A DNA stretch of 64,000 bases, taken from NCBI GenBank assembly GCA_964016885.1, contig OZ024742.1, positions 194,742,001 to 194,806,000 of the forward strand, written 5' to 3'. How positions within the stretch are numbered: the first letter of the stretch is position 1; each line of letters opens with the position of its first letter. The position numbers were made by a program, and so were the translations under genes. Origin of the DNA: Eledone cirrhosa (lineage: Eukaryota). This document shows, piece by piece, positions 14,711-29,010 of this stretch. The notes beneath the pieces are model-generated. The model was given only the letters and a program-made list of their open reading frames with translations. It ran no database searches and was not told the origin of the DNA.

Positions 14711-15158
14711 TATATCGATATATATATATATGTGTGTGTGTGTTTGTATGTTTGTGTGTGTGTGTATGTGTGTGTGTATGTGTCTATATGTGTATTTACG
14801 ACTGTGTATGTGTGTATGTGTATGTTTCTGTATGGTTTGAGTATGTGTGTGCAAATTAGTGACACTGAATTTATAAGCATCGAACATTATAGTCGGCCAA
14901 GTGTTAGATTCAATTAGACAATATTACCTATAAGTAAACTATTTCAATAGATATATTAAGGTCTGTGATTGTATTGTCACCGCTAATCGATAATTGGAAA
15001 TTAACATAGATAGACGTACACACATAGACGTACACACTCACAATTACACTTCCACATATATTTTGAACCACTCCCACAGAGTCAAATAGCTATCTCTCCT
15101 ATTGTCTTTTTCTCTCTCACACTCTTTCTTACATACACTCTCTCTCTCCCTACCTGCA

Positions 15159-15204
<46 letters not shown>

Positions 15205-15207
<3 letters not shown>

Positions 15208-15567
15208 CCAAAGATTAATATGGTTCATTGATTACTCAATGATTATAGTTTTACAATAGATTAAAATCACTCTACAGAAAGATTTCTGGAGTTATTAATA
15301 TTATTCAAAATATTAATAAATGAAGACGTTCACGTAATCAAAATATATGTTTTATTATATATATTTCGGAGGTACTGTGCTGTTTTTTCAGTACGTCCTC
15401 ATCAGATAAAATATATGAATTGATGTATGACATACCTCAACTGTCTTGATGGTTCAATTCCAGTATTGGCAATACTACTGAAAAAACAGCACAGTACCTC
15501 CGAAATATATATAATAAAACATATATTTTGATTACGTGAACGTCTTCATTTATTAATATTTTGAATA

Positions 15568-15570
<3 letters not shown>
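15205..15570 (-). mobile_element. Fold-back pLTR-like element with canonical hammerhead on - strand (15344-15416)
   Basis: Reverse strand atattttat-CTGATGA-ggacgtactg...cagtacctcc-GAAA-tatata-TA-ataaaacat; arms ~15298-15393 / 15476-15570; flanked by (TA)n. Confidence 0.85.
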
Positions 15571-15642
<72 letters not shown>

Positions 15643-15823
15643 TTAGAGCAAACATCACGGACGCTCTATCTCAAAATTATTTTTGAAAAGCATTAGAAAT
15701 GCGCAACCGGTAAAACTTAAAATCAAAACTGAAGACTAACCAATACTATTACTAATTCTCACTTATTTCTAATTAAACTATTTTTCACTGTGAACAATTT
15801 GTCACCATTTTCTTTTCCGTTTA

Positions 15824-15859
<36 letters not shown>

Positions 15860-15875
15860 TACATATATACATTTT

Positions 15876-15949
<74 letters not shown>

Positions 15950-16096
15950 AATATACATATATACATATATATGTGTGTGTGTGTGTATATATATATATAA
16001 TTATATATATACATATACATATATAAATATATATTTAAAGAGAGTGGATGAGGGAGATAGGTTTGTGACACAAAGAAAGCTACAAATAGGTATATC

Positions 16097-16159
<63 letters not shown>

Positions 16160-16789
16160 CCATCTACCATGAAACGGAATGAAGGAAAACAAGAGAGAGT
16201 GTGAAAGATAGAAAGAGGGGAAGCAGAGGAAGAAACGGAATTTTTTCTCTCAATAGTTTCTGTGAAATATTAAAATATTCATCTCATCGGATTCTTCAAG
16301 CCACGACATAGAAAAGAAAGTGAGAAATGAGAGGAAATAAAAATCAAAGGAGGAAAGACCGAACGAGCGACTTTTGTTCTGATTTAATGAGTAATTTGGT
16401 GTTTGTGTCAACCTGGTGATGATTGAAATAGGCTGACGCTAGTACCACGTTCCTCATTAGGATAACAAAGCATTCCAAACGCTTTTGAAGAACGTCTGAT
16501 GTGTTATATAGAGCGACAATGACGGACACGGCGTGTGCAATATCATTATTCATAATTTCCATATGTGTTAAAAATTTATTCATTGTTTTCACCTTCGTAT
16601 GAAATAGATTAATAAATATTTCTGGTCGGACGCAAGCGTTGCGGTGTGGTTAAGTTCGCTTCACATTCACTTACACTTGAGTTCCCTTCCATTGCATAAA
16701 ACATTGTGCTAGAGTATTTCTATTGTAGCCATTGTTTGACTAATGCCTTGTGTGTGAAATTTGGTATACGGAAATTATGTGAAAGCCCG

Positions 16790-17253
<464 letters not shown>

Positions 17254-17261
17254 TATATATG

Positions 17262-17351
<90 letters not shown>

Positions 17352-18659
17352 TGCAATTATGCATATATATTAGAAAGTGAGGTTTTTCTACAAAATGAAA
17401 ATAACCGAGGTATCCTATGCGTGTGAAAGTATAAGGAAAAAAAAGATGAAATCGAAAATGCAACTGGAGTCTTTTTTTTTTTTAAATATATTTATTTACT
17501 TCCTTTACCGGTTTCGCAGTTCTTGTGCTTTTCAAAAGTAGAATTGAGATGGAGGGTTTGTGGTTTTTCTCACATCTGGTTGATGTTCGAATGTTACTTC
17601 TGTTTTATATGGAAAAATATGGCTCGAAATGCTAGGTTCTTAGAGAAGTAATTTGGTTGGTTGATGACTGTCATTTGAATAAGTATAATAAATTTCGCGC
17701 TAGTTCGCGTTACAAAGTACTTATTAGTTTGCTTCAAAAAAAAAAGGGGGGGGGGGCTCAGATTGTTTTTTTCATATATGAGTGAAGTTTGGTTGGTTGA
17801 TGCAGTCACGTGAATATGCACATCAGCTTTCGCGCCAGTTTGTGTTTGAATTTCTTTTCACTTTTAAAAAAATGGCTCACGAAAGCTTTTTTATAAATGT
17901 AATTTGATTGGTTATAAATGAAATTATGACTGTCACGTGAACAAGTACATTAAATTCGCGCCCGTATTTTGGAATTTCTTTTTTTTTTTTTTTTTTTTTG
18001 TAGCCATTTAGAGAATTTGGTGCCAAACAAAAGATAATGGTCAAGACAAACGGGATGGGGAGAATTGTTCTGGTTCAGTGAGTATGGCTGGTGTGCTGGG
18101 GTGTCAAAATTCAGAATTTCTATTGAAACAAAGAAAGTAGAGATGTTTATTTTGTGCTGGTGCGTGTGTGTAGGAAGATGATTCTATAAGTAGAAATGGG
18201 GGGGATGTGTGTGTGTATGGGGCGGGGGGTTATATCTGTGAGTGGGAGTATGCTTAGCATGGAGAGAATATACATATTTTTTGTGTGCGTGTGTGTGTAG
18301 AAAAATGATTCCGTTAGTAGAAATGGCGGAGGGAGTTATGTGTGTGTGGGGCGTGTGGTTAGCATGTTAAGGTGTTAGAGTATTAACGTATGTTAAGGTT
18401 TATTTAGCTCTGGTTTTTATTTTCGGAAATAGAAGGTGTTATGTGTGTGCAATTGTATGTGTCTGTATGTATGTGTCGGTGTGTGTATGTATGTGTCTGT
18501 TTAAAGCATGTTATGATGTTGACATAATGTATATTAAACTATATTTAATGCTGGTCTATTATTTGAATAAACATATTTTCCTTATTTATTCGTATTTATT
18601 ATGTTGTATGGTTAGCGCAAAGATAAAATGGGAAGGCATGGAATTTGGCTGTCTTATTA

Positions 18660-19545
18660 CATGCGCATATGTCTAGATGTGCACTGAGTGGTATCTGTCT
18701 TGTGTTAGGGTCTCGTAATTGTTGGCGATGAATTGTCATTCTGTTTCTTAGTGTGAGTTTAGTTTGTCCTATATAATCATCATTGGATCCTTTACATTTA
18801 ATGGCATGAAACAGATTTTTTGATGAGCAAGTGAAGTGATTTTTACAGCAAAATTTTGTCCTGATTGAAATGTATACATGTTGCCTTCAATGAGGTGAGT
18901 GCAGGTTCCACAATTGGAGCGACCACATTTTATGACAGTTGGTTGTGGGTTTGTGGTAGGTAATTTGGCATTGGTGAGTAATGTTTTTAGTGATTTCGGT
19001 TGTCTTTTGCTTTTGATTATTTTTTTGTGTTTCAAGGGCTTTTTTCATTCTTGGGTCTTGTTTCAACAGTGGGATGTTCTTGTGAATAATGTTGTAAGCT
19101 CCCGAATTTCTTGGGTTGGGTGTTAAGATATATGATACAATATTGGACATACCTTGAATTTGTTTCTGTTTTCGTACTTCATCAATGCCAATTGTTTAGC
19201 CCTTTCTATTCCATTATTTATTTGTAATGGTGGGTACTGTCTTTCGAGCTGAATTTCCTTTAATTCCTGAAGTCTTTTATTTCGCGTTTCATAATTGGAG
19301 ACAATTGTTGCAAATTGTCCTTGCTAGGTTAAAAGGGATGTTCGTCTTCGTGTGTTTTGGATGGTTGGAGGTGAATAGCAGGTATTGTTTGGAATCTGTT
19401 GATTTGTAGTTTATGTCAGTTTCAATATGTGTGTCTTTTTATTATTATATGTCCAGAAATGGGAGTTGATCATGGTTGTATTCCATTGTGAATTGGATGT
19501 GGTTATTGATGCCGTTAATTAAATTTTTGAAATCATTTAGTTAGT
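18660..19545 (-). pseudogene. Penelope-like element ORF relic (RT C-terminus/thumb, Cys linker, GIY-YIG start), frameshifted
   Basis: HIQFTMEYNHDQLPFLDI, YKSTDSKQYLLFTSNHPKHTKTNIPFNLARTICTIVS, KCGRSNCGTC, QTKLTLRNRMTIHRQQ. Confidence 0.85.
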
Positions 19546-19578
19546 CGAGTGTGTGAGACCAAAGAAATAGACAATCAT

Positions 19579-19688
<110 letters not shown>

Positions 19689-20256
19689 ACACTTTTGGAG
19701 GGTCATGCGGCTAATAAAAACACACACACCTGTTGGTTTTCACTTCAATTTGTTATGAATTTCCGGTTCGTTGGTTGGTTCGATAACCGGAATGTTGTTT
19801 ATAACATTGTCAAAGGTCTTTCGTCACTCATTCTGTGTTCTCCTCAGTGATTAGGATTTTTATTTTGTGTCTCTCCTTTTCTCTGTCCGGAAATTTATAA
19901 TAAGTCTACCATTTTCTGTGTATCTGTGTATTCTGTGTATAACCAGTTGGCCACTACACCAGTGACCCGATCCTGATGAAACTTTACATACATATTAAGC
20001 TAATATTCAGAAACAGGACTGGCTCATTGTATTTCAATAGCAATTGATTTTAGAGGAACCCCTGGGGACATCTTTACAATGGAGGAAAAAGATAAGACGT
20101 TTCAGTGAGAGAGGGGGAAGAAGAGATACTACTACTCTATGATAAACCCTCCCTCCCACTACTCCCCTTCCTCCACCCACAATTCAGTCATCAAAAACGC
20201 GACAACAACTTATTAGAAATATACATAAAGCAATTTCAAGCAAAACAGACCAGATG

Positions 20257-20300
<44 letters not shown>

Positions 20301-20335
20301 AAGTATGACTCCGACGGCAGAGCTCAAGCCGTTTC

Positions 20336-20376
<41 letters not shown>

Positions 20377-20470
20377 AAGCATGGTGAGTACGGCTAAACC
20401 CATGATATAACTAAAACGAAAACAGAAAGCACAAGTCAACATTTATTTACATCATTTATTCATTATTTAA

Positions 20471-20533
20471 TAGCTGTTATATATATTTCAATGATAACTG
20501 TTATACAACAGTTATGACCTCATCAAACAGCTA
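20471..20533 (-). ncRNA. Hammerhead ribozyme motif (UUGAUGA core variant)
   Basis: tagctgt-TTGATGA-ggtcataactgttgtataacagttatcatt-GAAA-tatata-TA-acagcta; perfect 7-bp stem I. Confidence 0.7.
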
Positions 20534-21141
20534 CTATTTGAACAGGAAATACATGAAGAAGAAATGAAAATTATTCACGATGTTTCAATTCATTGATATG
20601 ACCCAGTATGATCATTGGCTTGGCTTTCTCTTGAGAAAAATGCATGTGTGTGAGTGTGGAATAGAATGACATGTGATAACGAGGGATCTTTCAATGACAA
20701 GTTGAATACAACCACCGGGCTTCCACAGAAGTTAAGTCTACCCAAAATTTTCACGAGGATTGTGTCATCTGAGTTAATGGTAAAGATATTACCTCAATAT
20801 TCGGCTATACCAACTTTCACATTTAACAAAAAAAATGATATAGATGTTTTATTCTTATAATTTAGACAGCAGTCATGCTGGAGTCATGCTGGGGTCATGT
20901 TGGGGCCATGCTTGGGCCATGTTGTGGCCATGGTGCATCACCGTGAAGGGACATAGTAGATCATATCGACTCAGATCTGCTATAAACATAGTTATATATC
21001 CCTAGGTATACACACACACACACATACACACACACATATATATACACACACATAAGTATATAGATGATCGACACTGAAACATGTGTAATTAAATATGTAT
21101 ATGATGCAACACTGATTCTTTGTTCCCTTATATATTAATAC

Positions 21142-21172
<31 letters not shown>

Positions 21173-21189
21173 GGAGAGAGAGAGAGAGA

Positions 21190-21220
<31 letters not shown>

Positions 21221-21502
21221 GGGGAAGAGAATGTCTGAGAGAGAGAGAGATAAATGTATACATATATTTTAAGTTGTGATTGTCACAGGTATTTCAGTGG
21301 TTGTATGAGAAAATCCGGCACAAGATTCTGGATTTTTTCCGTCATCGGACACTGTGACGTATATATACTTACATGTTTTCCTTCGGTTGCAACGCTTTTC
21401 GAAATATTTATTTCTGCGTTCACAGATTGATTTGTTTAGTTTCAGAAGATCCCGTTATGGGTGAAAGCAGCGATTCTTTGCTTAAACTTTAATCTGTTAT
21501 TT

Positions 21503-21540
<38 letters not shown>

Positions 21541-21542
<2 letters not shown>

Positions 21543-21766
21543 CGTTTCTGAATTTGTTTAGCAAGATTCTTTATCTGAAATCGTGTGTTGAAACCGATAT
21601 TGTTATACTTTGGGAGGGTCATGTTGCCAATAAGAAACACACGCACCAGTTGCTTTCACTTCAATTTATTATAATAAATTTATAAATTTATTATAATAAA
21701 TTGAAGTGAAAGTAACTGGTGCATGTGTTTCTTATTGGCAACATGACCCTCCCAAAGTATAACAAT
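21541..21766. repeat. Repeat module with internal palindrome (~21599-21766), shared with 39337-39507; fragments at ~12150, 19685, 32570
   Basis: ttcgtttctgaatttg...tgttatactttgggagggtcatgttgccaataagaaacacacgca matches at both sites. Confidence 0.8.
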
Positions 21767-22332
21767 GTATATATATATATATATATATGGGGAGTCTTGT
21801 GTGTGTACGGTTCTGAGTGTACGTTTCTGTGTATATATATATACCACCCAGATCGGACACTATACGTTAATTAGAAGACAAACGGATGAAGGTAAGTACA
21901 ATTAATAGACACGAACTGTACAGTTTCCTTGCCACGTCCTGTGCACAACAGTTGTATCAGCAAAGGAAGTGTTACCCACATAATTCATGCAATATTTCCA
22001 AATGTTACAAATATTCCATAAGCAGGACTGATTCAACATTTTATCAACGGGAGCTGGGTCCTAATCCAAATGTGGAATTTTTATCGGAGAGACTGCCAGA
22101 GTCGAACTGACACATCACAGTGACACTGTGAGCAGTTTCATACTATGGCAGCGTTACATGACCTCCTAAATAGGAGGTTAGTTGATATCAGCCGTTATGA
22201 GGAAAAATACTTTTGGCTGTAAAATTCATATAAGTGAATAAGTACCGGTGCTCTCAAGCCGGTTAGTTATATGAATAGAAGACAAGAATTCAAAATATGT
22301 ACAAATCCAACTAATATAATGGTTTATGATAT

Positions 22333-22484
22333 AGGCACAATGCTGGTACTTTATTTCATCGACCCCGTAGGATGAAAGGCAAATTTAACCTCGGTGGGAT
22401 TTGAACTCAGATCATACACCCCCGTAACTCTATACTGTAAAGCATGGTGCCCGACCCTCTACCGATACTGCCAATCCACCGCCC
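22333..22484 (-). mobile_element. SINE family A
   Basis: Reverse complement of the family consensus. Confidence 0.8.
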
Positions 22485-22906
22485 TATAATCGAACTGATA
22501 TAATAAAAAAGTTAGTGTTCAACTTACGATTAAAAGCAGGTTTGTCACCTGGGTGATTATATAACGTTTAACGAAGCTATCCGTATACAATCGGTCTAGC
22601 ACCGGGACCCTGTCTATCCACTCGATGAATTTACAAAATCGTATGCTGCAAATGAATATTTGGAGCCCATAGTGGAGACTATGCGTTAATTAGTAGATAG
22701 ACAGCTATATATGCATATATTCCGTCAACAGAATTCTGCTCTTATTGTATTAGTCAATCTGATGCTATAATAGAAGACACTACGCCGCGGGAATAAACAA
22801 AGAACCACGTTCTTGCGAAGCGAAATCTTTAACCACACAGTCATGCTGGTACCTTTATATGAACATATAAATATGTTTTAAATATAGATACCTTCTAAAG
22901 AGTTAA

Positions 22907-23195
22907 GGCACATGGCTTAGTGGTTAGAGCGTTGGGCTTGCAATTTAGAGGTTGTAAGTTCGATTCTCGAACCGGGTGATGCGTTGTGTCATTGAGCAAG
23001 ACACTTTATTTTACGTTGTTTTAGTTTATTCTGCTGTGGAAATGAGTTACGACGTCACTGGTGCTAAGCTGTATCGGTCATTTCCTTTCCCTTGGACAAC
23101 ATCAGTGGTGTGGAGAGGGGAGACCGTCTTGCATGGGAGATTGTTGGTCTTTCATAAACAAACTTTGCTCAGTCTTGTGCCACGGAGGAAATGTT
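22907..23195 (+). mobile_element. tRNA-derived SINE (family B-like head and CORE-like part)
   Basis: TGGCTTAGTGG A box, AGTTCGATTC B box, tgtgtcattgagcaagacactt. Confidence 0.75.
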
Positions 23196-23812
23196 CTAAG
23201 TGTAAAATCATGGTCATTAGTGGAAAGAATATTGGGATCGATCTCGGATTTGACTGTCTTCACTAAATGACTATTTCAAGTGCCAGATTGATCCAATTCC
23301 AATTACGAGTTCGTTGATTATTCATAGTTTGTTTTCATGATATCGATATATGTATTTAGATAAGATAAACAGAAGGAAATAAAAGACGAAAAAAGAGTAA
23401 AAGTAATGAATGAAAGAAAGAACGAAAAATAGAAAATAGGAATGAAAGCAAGATGATGGGATGATCAATAATCGATTGACTTACAGTTGATTTGTTCCAT
23501 GAGGGATAGATATTTATTATCATGAGAACCAACGGCATAAGTAAGGTTGCAAGGACAGTACATTTCTATAAACGGATCACACATTCGCCCGATGTACAAA
23601 CACATAGAAATATACACAAACAGACTAAATCACACAGTCACACAGTGACAATATATCACAGAACTAATTACTTCTAATCTGCCATGAAGCACGAAATATA
23701 TTTGCAACGACAATACATATAATAAGTAGAATACGTTATGTATCTCGATATGTTTGCGTAAATATATGTGTGTATATATGTGTGTGTATGCGTATGTGTG
23801 TGTGTGTGTGAG

Positions 23813-23848
<36 letters not shown>

Positions 23849-23852
23849 TGGG

Positions 23853-26338
23853 GTAACAAGTTATCGTTATAGGTAATCCAGTTAGAGGTTGTGAGTACTC
23901 TGCATCGTTGATAGTTTCAACGTACGGCTTTGTTTAACTCAACAAGATGTTTCCATAGTTAGGCAGCGAGTTTACGGTAATTCCTATTACTTGGAGTAAT
24001 AATAGAGAATGAATGAAGAGTAACATGGTTGGCTGTACAAGAGGCTTTATTTCAGGTATTGACAATTGTTTCATTGATCAGGTGGGTCTAGAGGTTGCTA
24101 ATTGCTCGAAGTTGCGTCACTCAATCTCCATTACATTATTTACATCTGACCAACTCATCAGAATACAAAAATAATTCGCTCGAGGCAGGATATATATAGA
24201 GAAATAGCGTATAATCAAAACAATAACATCAATAATAAAATATATAAAATAGAGAAGTTACAATAATAGAATATATAGATAGAGAAGTTACAGATGTAAA
24301 AAGTAAAAAGTAAAAAGTAAAAGATAAGAAAAAATACATTAAAAAAGTAAGAAAAGGAAAAATATAAAGAAAGAAATAAGGATAAGTGAGAGCATGTAAG
24401 TACAGAGTATGCTAGTGGTGGTGGTGAGTAAGTGTCCGAATAAGGATTCTGTGGTGGGTTTAGTGCTAACATGAAACGTCATATTCGAAACATACATAGA
24501 TACGTGCAGAGAGTCTGATGTAGTGTCAGATAAAAGAAAAAGCAATAAATTAGAGATTAATTGTGAGATACTAGTATGAGATTTAAGGGCTAAGGATGGA
24601 TGGTGAAGGGAGGTTTGACAAATGTGTGTGGTAAATGTTTTGCTGATTGTCTTGTCTTAATGGGGTTGATGCTGTTTCAGGGAGAGAGGGTGAAAGAGAT
24701 GTTAAGAGATTTATGATCTAATGACCAGTAATAGCGGTGTGATGATGTGTATTCCATACGCTAAAATCCAGGTGTTTCTGTTCTAATTTTGGAATTGCTG
24801 GCTCGAATCACGGTGGTTTGAAATTTGTGAACTTGGTAGCTATTTTATGCCTACAGAAAATTTATCCTTTTTTTTTACTGTTAAGCAGCATATTATCGTA
24901 CCTTAAAATATGGAATAGCTCCATATTACAAAGTCCGCACTGAGACATCCCATTGTTGTAGGCCTTTGCTACGCATAATTTTGACCAGCTAATCCTATAT
25001 TCCTGGTTTGTGTTTTTAAGCTGCCAGATTTTATTGGCGAGCGTCGTAGAGTTCTCCAATCTACGGTTCTTCATGGAGTGTCTGTGGACGTACCACCTTT
25101 TCTTGAACTCTCCAGCCGTGGAACCAATGTAGTGTCAAGTAGTGTTGTCTGAATTTACAGTACACAGGTACACCATATTCGAATCCCGGCATCTATTTTG
25201 CAGTGGGCACTTATCCGGTAGGTGGCGATTACAGTTGGAGGCTTTTCTGTGTGCAGGTTCTCCGTTGCGGTTTTGTATGTTGTTGTGGGTGCTTTGAGAT
25301 TTAGGCCTATTAGTGTTTTGTTGTGATGCGCTCTGATGTGTTTGTGATTCTGTTGTTATGTGTTTGCGTTTTTTATTCGGTGCTATGGTGCATGTTGGTA
25401 GGTTATTTTATTTGGAGATATTTTTGTGGTTGATTTTACGTATGTGTGATTCTATGTTGGCTGCAGTAGAGTAAGATAGTTTTATAGTTTTTTTGTATTA
25501 CAGATTCTATGGTATTTGTGTAGTTTAGGGAAGTGTTTGTCTATTAGCTTAAATAATCTAGAAGGTAGTTTGGTTTTTATAGAGGAGTTGAATATTGGAT
25601 TGAACTATGTATTTTCTATCTCTGGATCTTCTATAGTTCTTTGGAGACCCTATATTAGTGTTCGGTTCAGTTATTTTTGGTGCTCGTTGTCTAATTCTAT
25701 GCTTAGTCCTATGCTTGTTATTTCTATAGGTGTGGTTAGTGTAGTTGTCGTTAGGTTTGTTGCTGCTGTCTCTATCTGGCATGTATTCCAGCCCATCTTT
25801 ATGTACTGCCTTATTTAAAGCTATGTTATAATAGTTTGTGTGTTCGTTAAAAATCTCTAGGTTAGAAGTTAGGCGGGATATTCTGAGGGATATACTATGT
25901 GCTATGGAGTTAATTATGGATCGGGAGGTGGTTTCAGTTATAACTAATGTAGGCTAGATTCTGGTTATTTTATGGAAGGGCTCTATTAATCCTGTGTTTA
26001 GATTCAGTGTTACATCTAAGAAGTTTGCTTTTTTACAGTTAAGTTAGAAAGTGATACCTAGGCCTAGTTTGTTCGTAATTTTTCCATATTTTGATTATTT
26101 AAGTTTTGGGCTAAAAGGAGTGTCTCGTCTCTATAAATTCCTCCCTGGAGGTAATTGAATTCCTTGTGTAAGTTGTGCGCTATATATATTCCCACCAAGT
26201 CCGTTACCTGCGCTGAGTCGTTAGATCCGGTTGTGATATCGAAGCTATAGACTCACCTGATCAATGAAACAATTGTCAATACCTGATATAAAGCCCCTTG
26301 TTCTACAACCAAACATGTTACTCTTCATTCTTTCACTA
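23853..26338 (-). mobile_element. 5'-truncated Penelope-like element: RT and GIY-YIG relic, 3' pLTR and inverted partial pLTR at the 5' junction
   Basis: FDITTGSNDSAQVTDLVGIYI (RT); CPLQNRCRDSNMVYLC...YIGSTAGEFKKRWYVHRHS...STTLANKIWQLK (GIY-YIG); 26252-26338 is the reverse complement of ~24005-24085. Confidence 0.85.
24056..24166 (-). ncRNA. Type I hammerhead ribozyme with enlarged stem II
   Basis: gtatt-CTGATGA-gttggtcag...ctgatcaat-GAAA-caattg-TC-aatac; GUC cleavage triplet; stem III palindrome ACAATTGT. Confidence 0.8.
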
Positions 26339-26344
26339 TATATA

Positions 26345-26779
26345 TATATATAATAATAATCTAAACGATAATAAAGGGAGGAGTGCGGGACAGCGTCCAG
26401 AATTTTTTTTTTTATCCCGTTTGTAAAATAAGTTGGATTACATTGAATAAATAATGAATGAATATTACATAATTTATCTACTAAATTTCGTTATTTTCAT
26501 TATATATAAATAATTTTGTCGCTCAATTTAAGATTCACTTCTTTAAAATGTTCAAATGTCAACACTTCCGGTTAGCGATCGCTTAAATAAACAGTCATAT
26601 ATTTCCGTCAATGGATTACGTTACTGATTACATGAGACAGTGTAACGCAGTCTTCGTTCATTTTCTGTGTATATTGTCAATTATGATTTTGCGTATTGAT
26701 ATTATACTTGCGTATAATATCAATATGCACACTACACAGGCTAGCAGAAAAACCACCCGAAGGGTGGTTTTTCTACTAG
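26345..26779 (+). mobile_element. Non-autonomous Helitron
   Basis: 3' hairpin aaaaccaccc-gaa-gggtggtttt followed by ctactag|t; internal segment shared with 945-990. Confidence 0.7.
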
Positions 26780-26984
26780 TAATAATAATATCAATAATAA
26801 TAGTAATACAAGGACGATTTGTTAAGCCTTCATTACGTTTATTGATTGGTGACGCACATTTCCCTATTGATCAGCTCAAGGTTCGATTTTATCGATCTGG
26901 CCCGAATCTGGAATCGAAAGCTCGTCGGACCCCTGTTGTAGTAATGACAGATTCAGAACTGTGTCAATAGCCATGTGGCAGTGT

Positions 26985-27370
26985 GACAGTGGAACTGTGT
27001 TAGTGATCGTGTCAGTGAATCACTAGAACTGTGTTAGTGACCGTGCCACTGAGTCACTAGAACTGTTTCAATAACCATGTCAGAGTGTGACACTGGAACT
27101 GTGTCAGTGACAATGTCACAGTGTGATAGGAACTGTGTCAGTGACCATGTCACAGTGTGTTACTAGAACTGTGCCAGTGACCATGTCACAGTGTGACACT
27201 GGAACTGTGTGACACTGGAATGGTGTGATACTGGAACTGTTCCAGTGACCATGTCACAGTGTGACCATGGAACTCTGTGTCAGTGACTATGTCACACTGT
27301 GTCACTAGAACGGTGCCAGTGACTATGTCACACTGTGTCACTAGAACGGTGCCAGTGACCAAGTCACAAA
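26985..27370. repeat. Minisatellite, ~33-bp unit (gtgacactggaactgtgtcagtgaccatgtcaca-like)
   Basis: About 11 degenerate tandem units. Confidence 0.9.
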
Positions 27371-27676
27371 CTGAAACCAAACTGTTAACACCAAGAAATA
27401 AATGTTAAATTTAAAATGGAGTTATCTATGTATTAAATAGTTTAAATGACTCTTCTGTGATTTCATTGCTCTGGCTTTAACAGATCAAGTCACTCACTTG
27501 TTAAACAGTTACCACTCCGAAATGTATTATAATTGCTTCTAAATAATTCTGGTTTCTACTTTTGACAAATTACTATCAATTTAATGGGAGTGGAAAGTCA
27601 ATTTAATCGACCCAATTCTGGATTGGTATTTTATTGTATTGGGGAAGGTAGGATGATAGGCAACGTTGGTCTAGAA

Positions 27677-27965
27677 CAGTCATGGGCAACCGGCGGCCTG
27701 CGGGCTGCATGTGGCCCGCGAAGCTTTCACCTTAGTGAAATCTTTCTGATTTTTTTACCCCAACTTTTCAGTCATAATTTATCTTTCTATCATTTTTACG
27801 ATCCAGGAAAACAACGTGTGCCAATTCTGTAGAAACAAATAAAAAAAACCTGAGTTACCACCCTTTTTTTAATGTGGGCACGAATATAAATTAGCGCTTG
27901 CGGCCCGCCTGATGATGAGCCATATCTCATGCAGTCCACCTCTTGAAAAATGTTGCCCATGCCTT
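27677..27965. mobile_element. hAT-Charlie-like MITE
   Basis: TIRs cagtcatgggcaac / gttgcccatgcctt, subterminal gcggcccgcg-type motifs, 8-bp NTCTAGAA TSD (27669-27676, 27966-27973). Confidence 0.85.
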
Positions 27966-28619
27966 CTCTAGAATGTTGAGAGTCGCAACAAATACAGAAA
28001 TGTATTATCGCCCCGATGTTCTAAAGTTTCTGCCGATCAATTGACTCTATTCTTTGTAATTCTATTTGAACTCATTCGGTTTCAACGATGCCTGTTCCAA
28101 TTGTTCCATGAAGCTGAACTAACTGTTCATGAAATTAAGCTATAAATGGTTAAACATTCCACAATATACCTTTAGTGGTATTCTCAAGTAGATTCAGTGT
28201 ATGTGATAATGTTGGCATTTTGAATTACAAGTACAATGCATCTGATGGGCTTTCAATTAGTTTCCGTCAACACAACGACCCCCGCAAGCCAAGGATAGAT
28301 CCAAGGCTATGGCAAAAACTCTAGCTCAAGATGCTACACAGTGAGATCAAACCCGGGACCTAATGATGGCGGTGGTGATAGTGTTGGTGGTGGTGTTGGT
28401 TGGTGTGGAAGTAGAGGGGATATTATGGTAGAGTTGGTGGTTTTAGTGGTAGCGGTGGCTGTGATGGTGGTGGAGGAGGTGGTTTTCGTGGTAGAGGTGG
28501 CTGTGATGAGGATAGAGATGTTATCATTAGAGGTGGTGGCTGTGTTGATGAACGATGTAGTTGTTCAGTATTAGGACAATGGGATTGATGAATTAATATC
28601 TGTATACAACAACTACAAC

Positions 28620-29010
28620 AGTACGCGATGGGGTCCACCCACAGCTCCGGTGGACAGAATGGAGAAGGCGTTTCACCGGAGGACGGCAAGGGAGACGCGC
28701 TGGAAAAGCAACTCGAACTCGCGGGGCTCACAGCTGCGGCTGGCCAGCTCTGCGCCTATGGTGGTGAGTAAGGAGGTAGCCCTGGGGCCGAGGACACCAG
28801 AAGTCTCCACTGCCAGGGGTACGACCGCAAACCTGTCGGAGATCGACCAGTATATGAGGAGTTTGGCCTCCTCAGCCCGGCGTGCAGCAGAACCTGGGTC
28901 AGTCGCAGACTGCACCAGGTTGCGGCTGCAGAAAGTGTCGGTGCAAGTGGCATCCCAGCCGAGGGGTTTACCACCGCGGAACGGGAAGTTGGTCATGCCA
29001 TTACGATGCA
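28620..29010 (-). mobile_element. 5'-truncated CRE-clade-like non-LTR retrotransposon (RLE domain and 3' end)
   Basis: GMTNFPFRGGKPLGWDATCTDTF...AARRAEEAK...VPLAVETSGVLG...EPREFELLFQRVSLAVLR; GC-rich island. Confidence 0.8.

Noticed and set aside
19970-20025. CTGATGA...GAAAC motif (and similar ones near 12310-12360, 19820-19850 and 32430)
   Set aside because: Stems I and III do not pair convincingly; at best decayed hammerheads, so not counted
28341-28731. Val/Gly-rich and Pro-rich ORFs
   Set aside because: Degenerate (GGT)n low-complexity tract adjoining a CRE-like fragment
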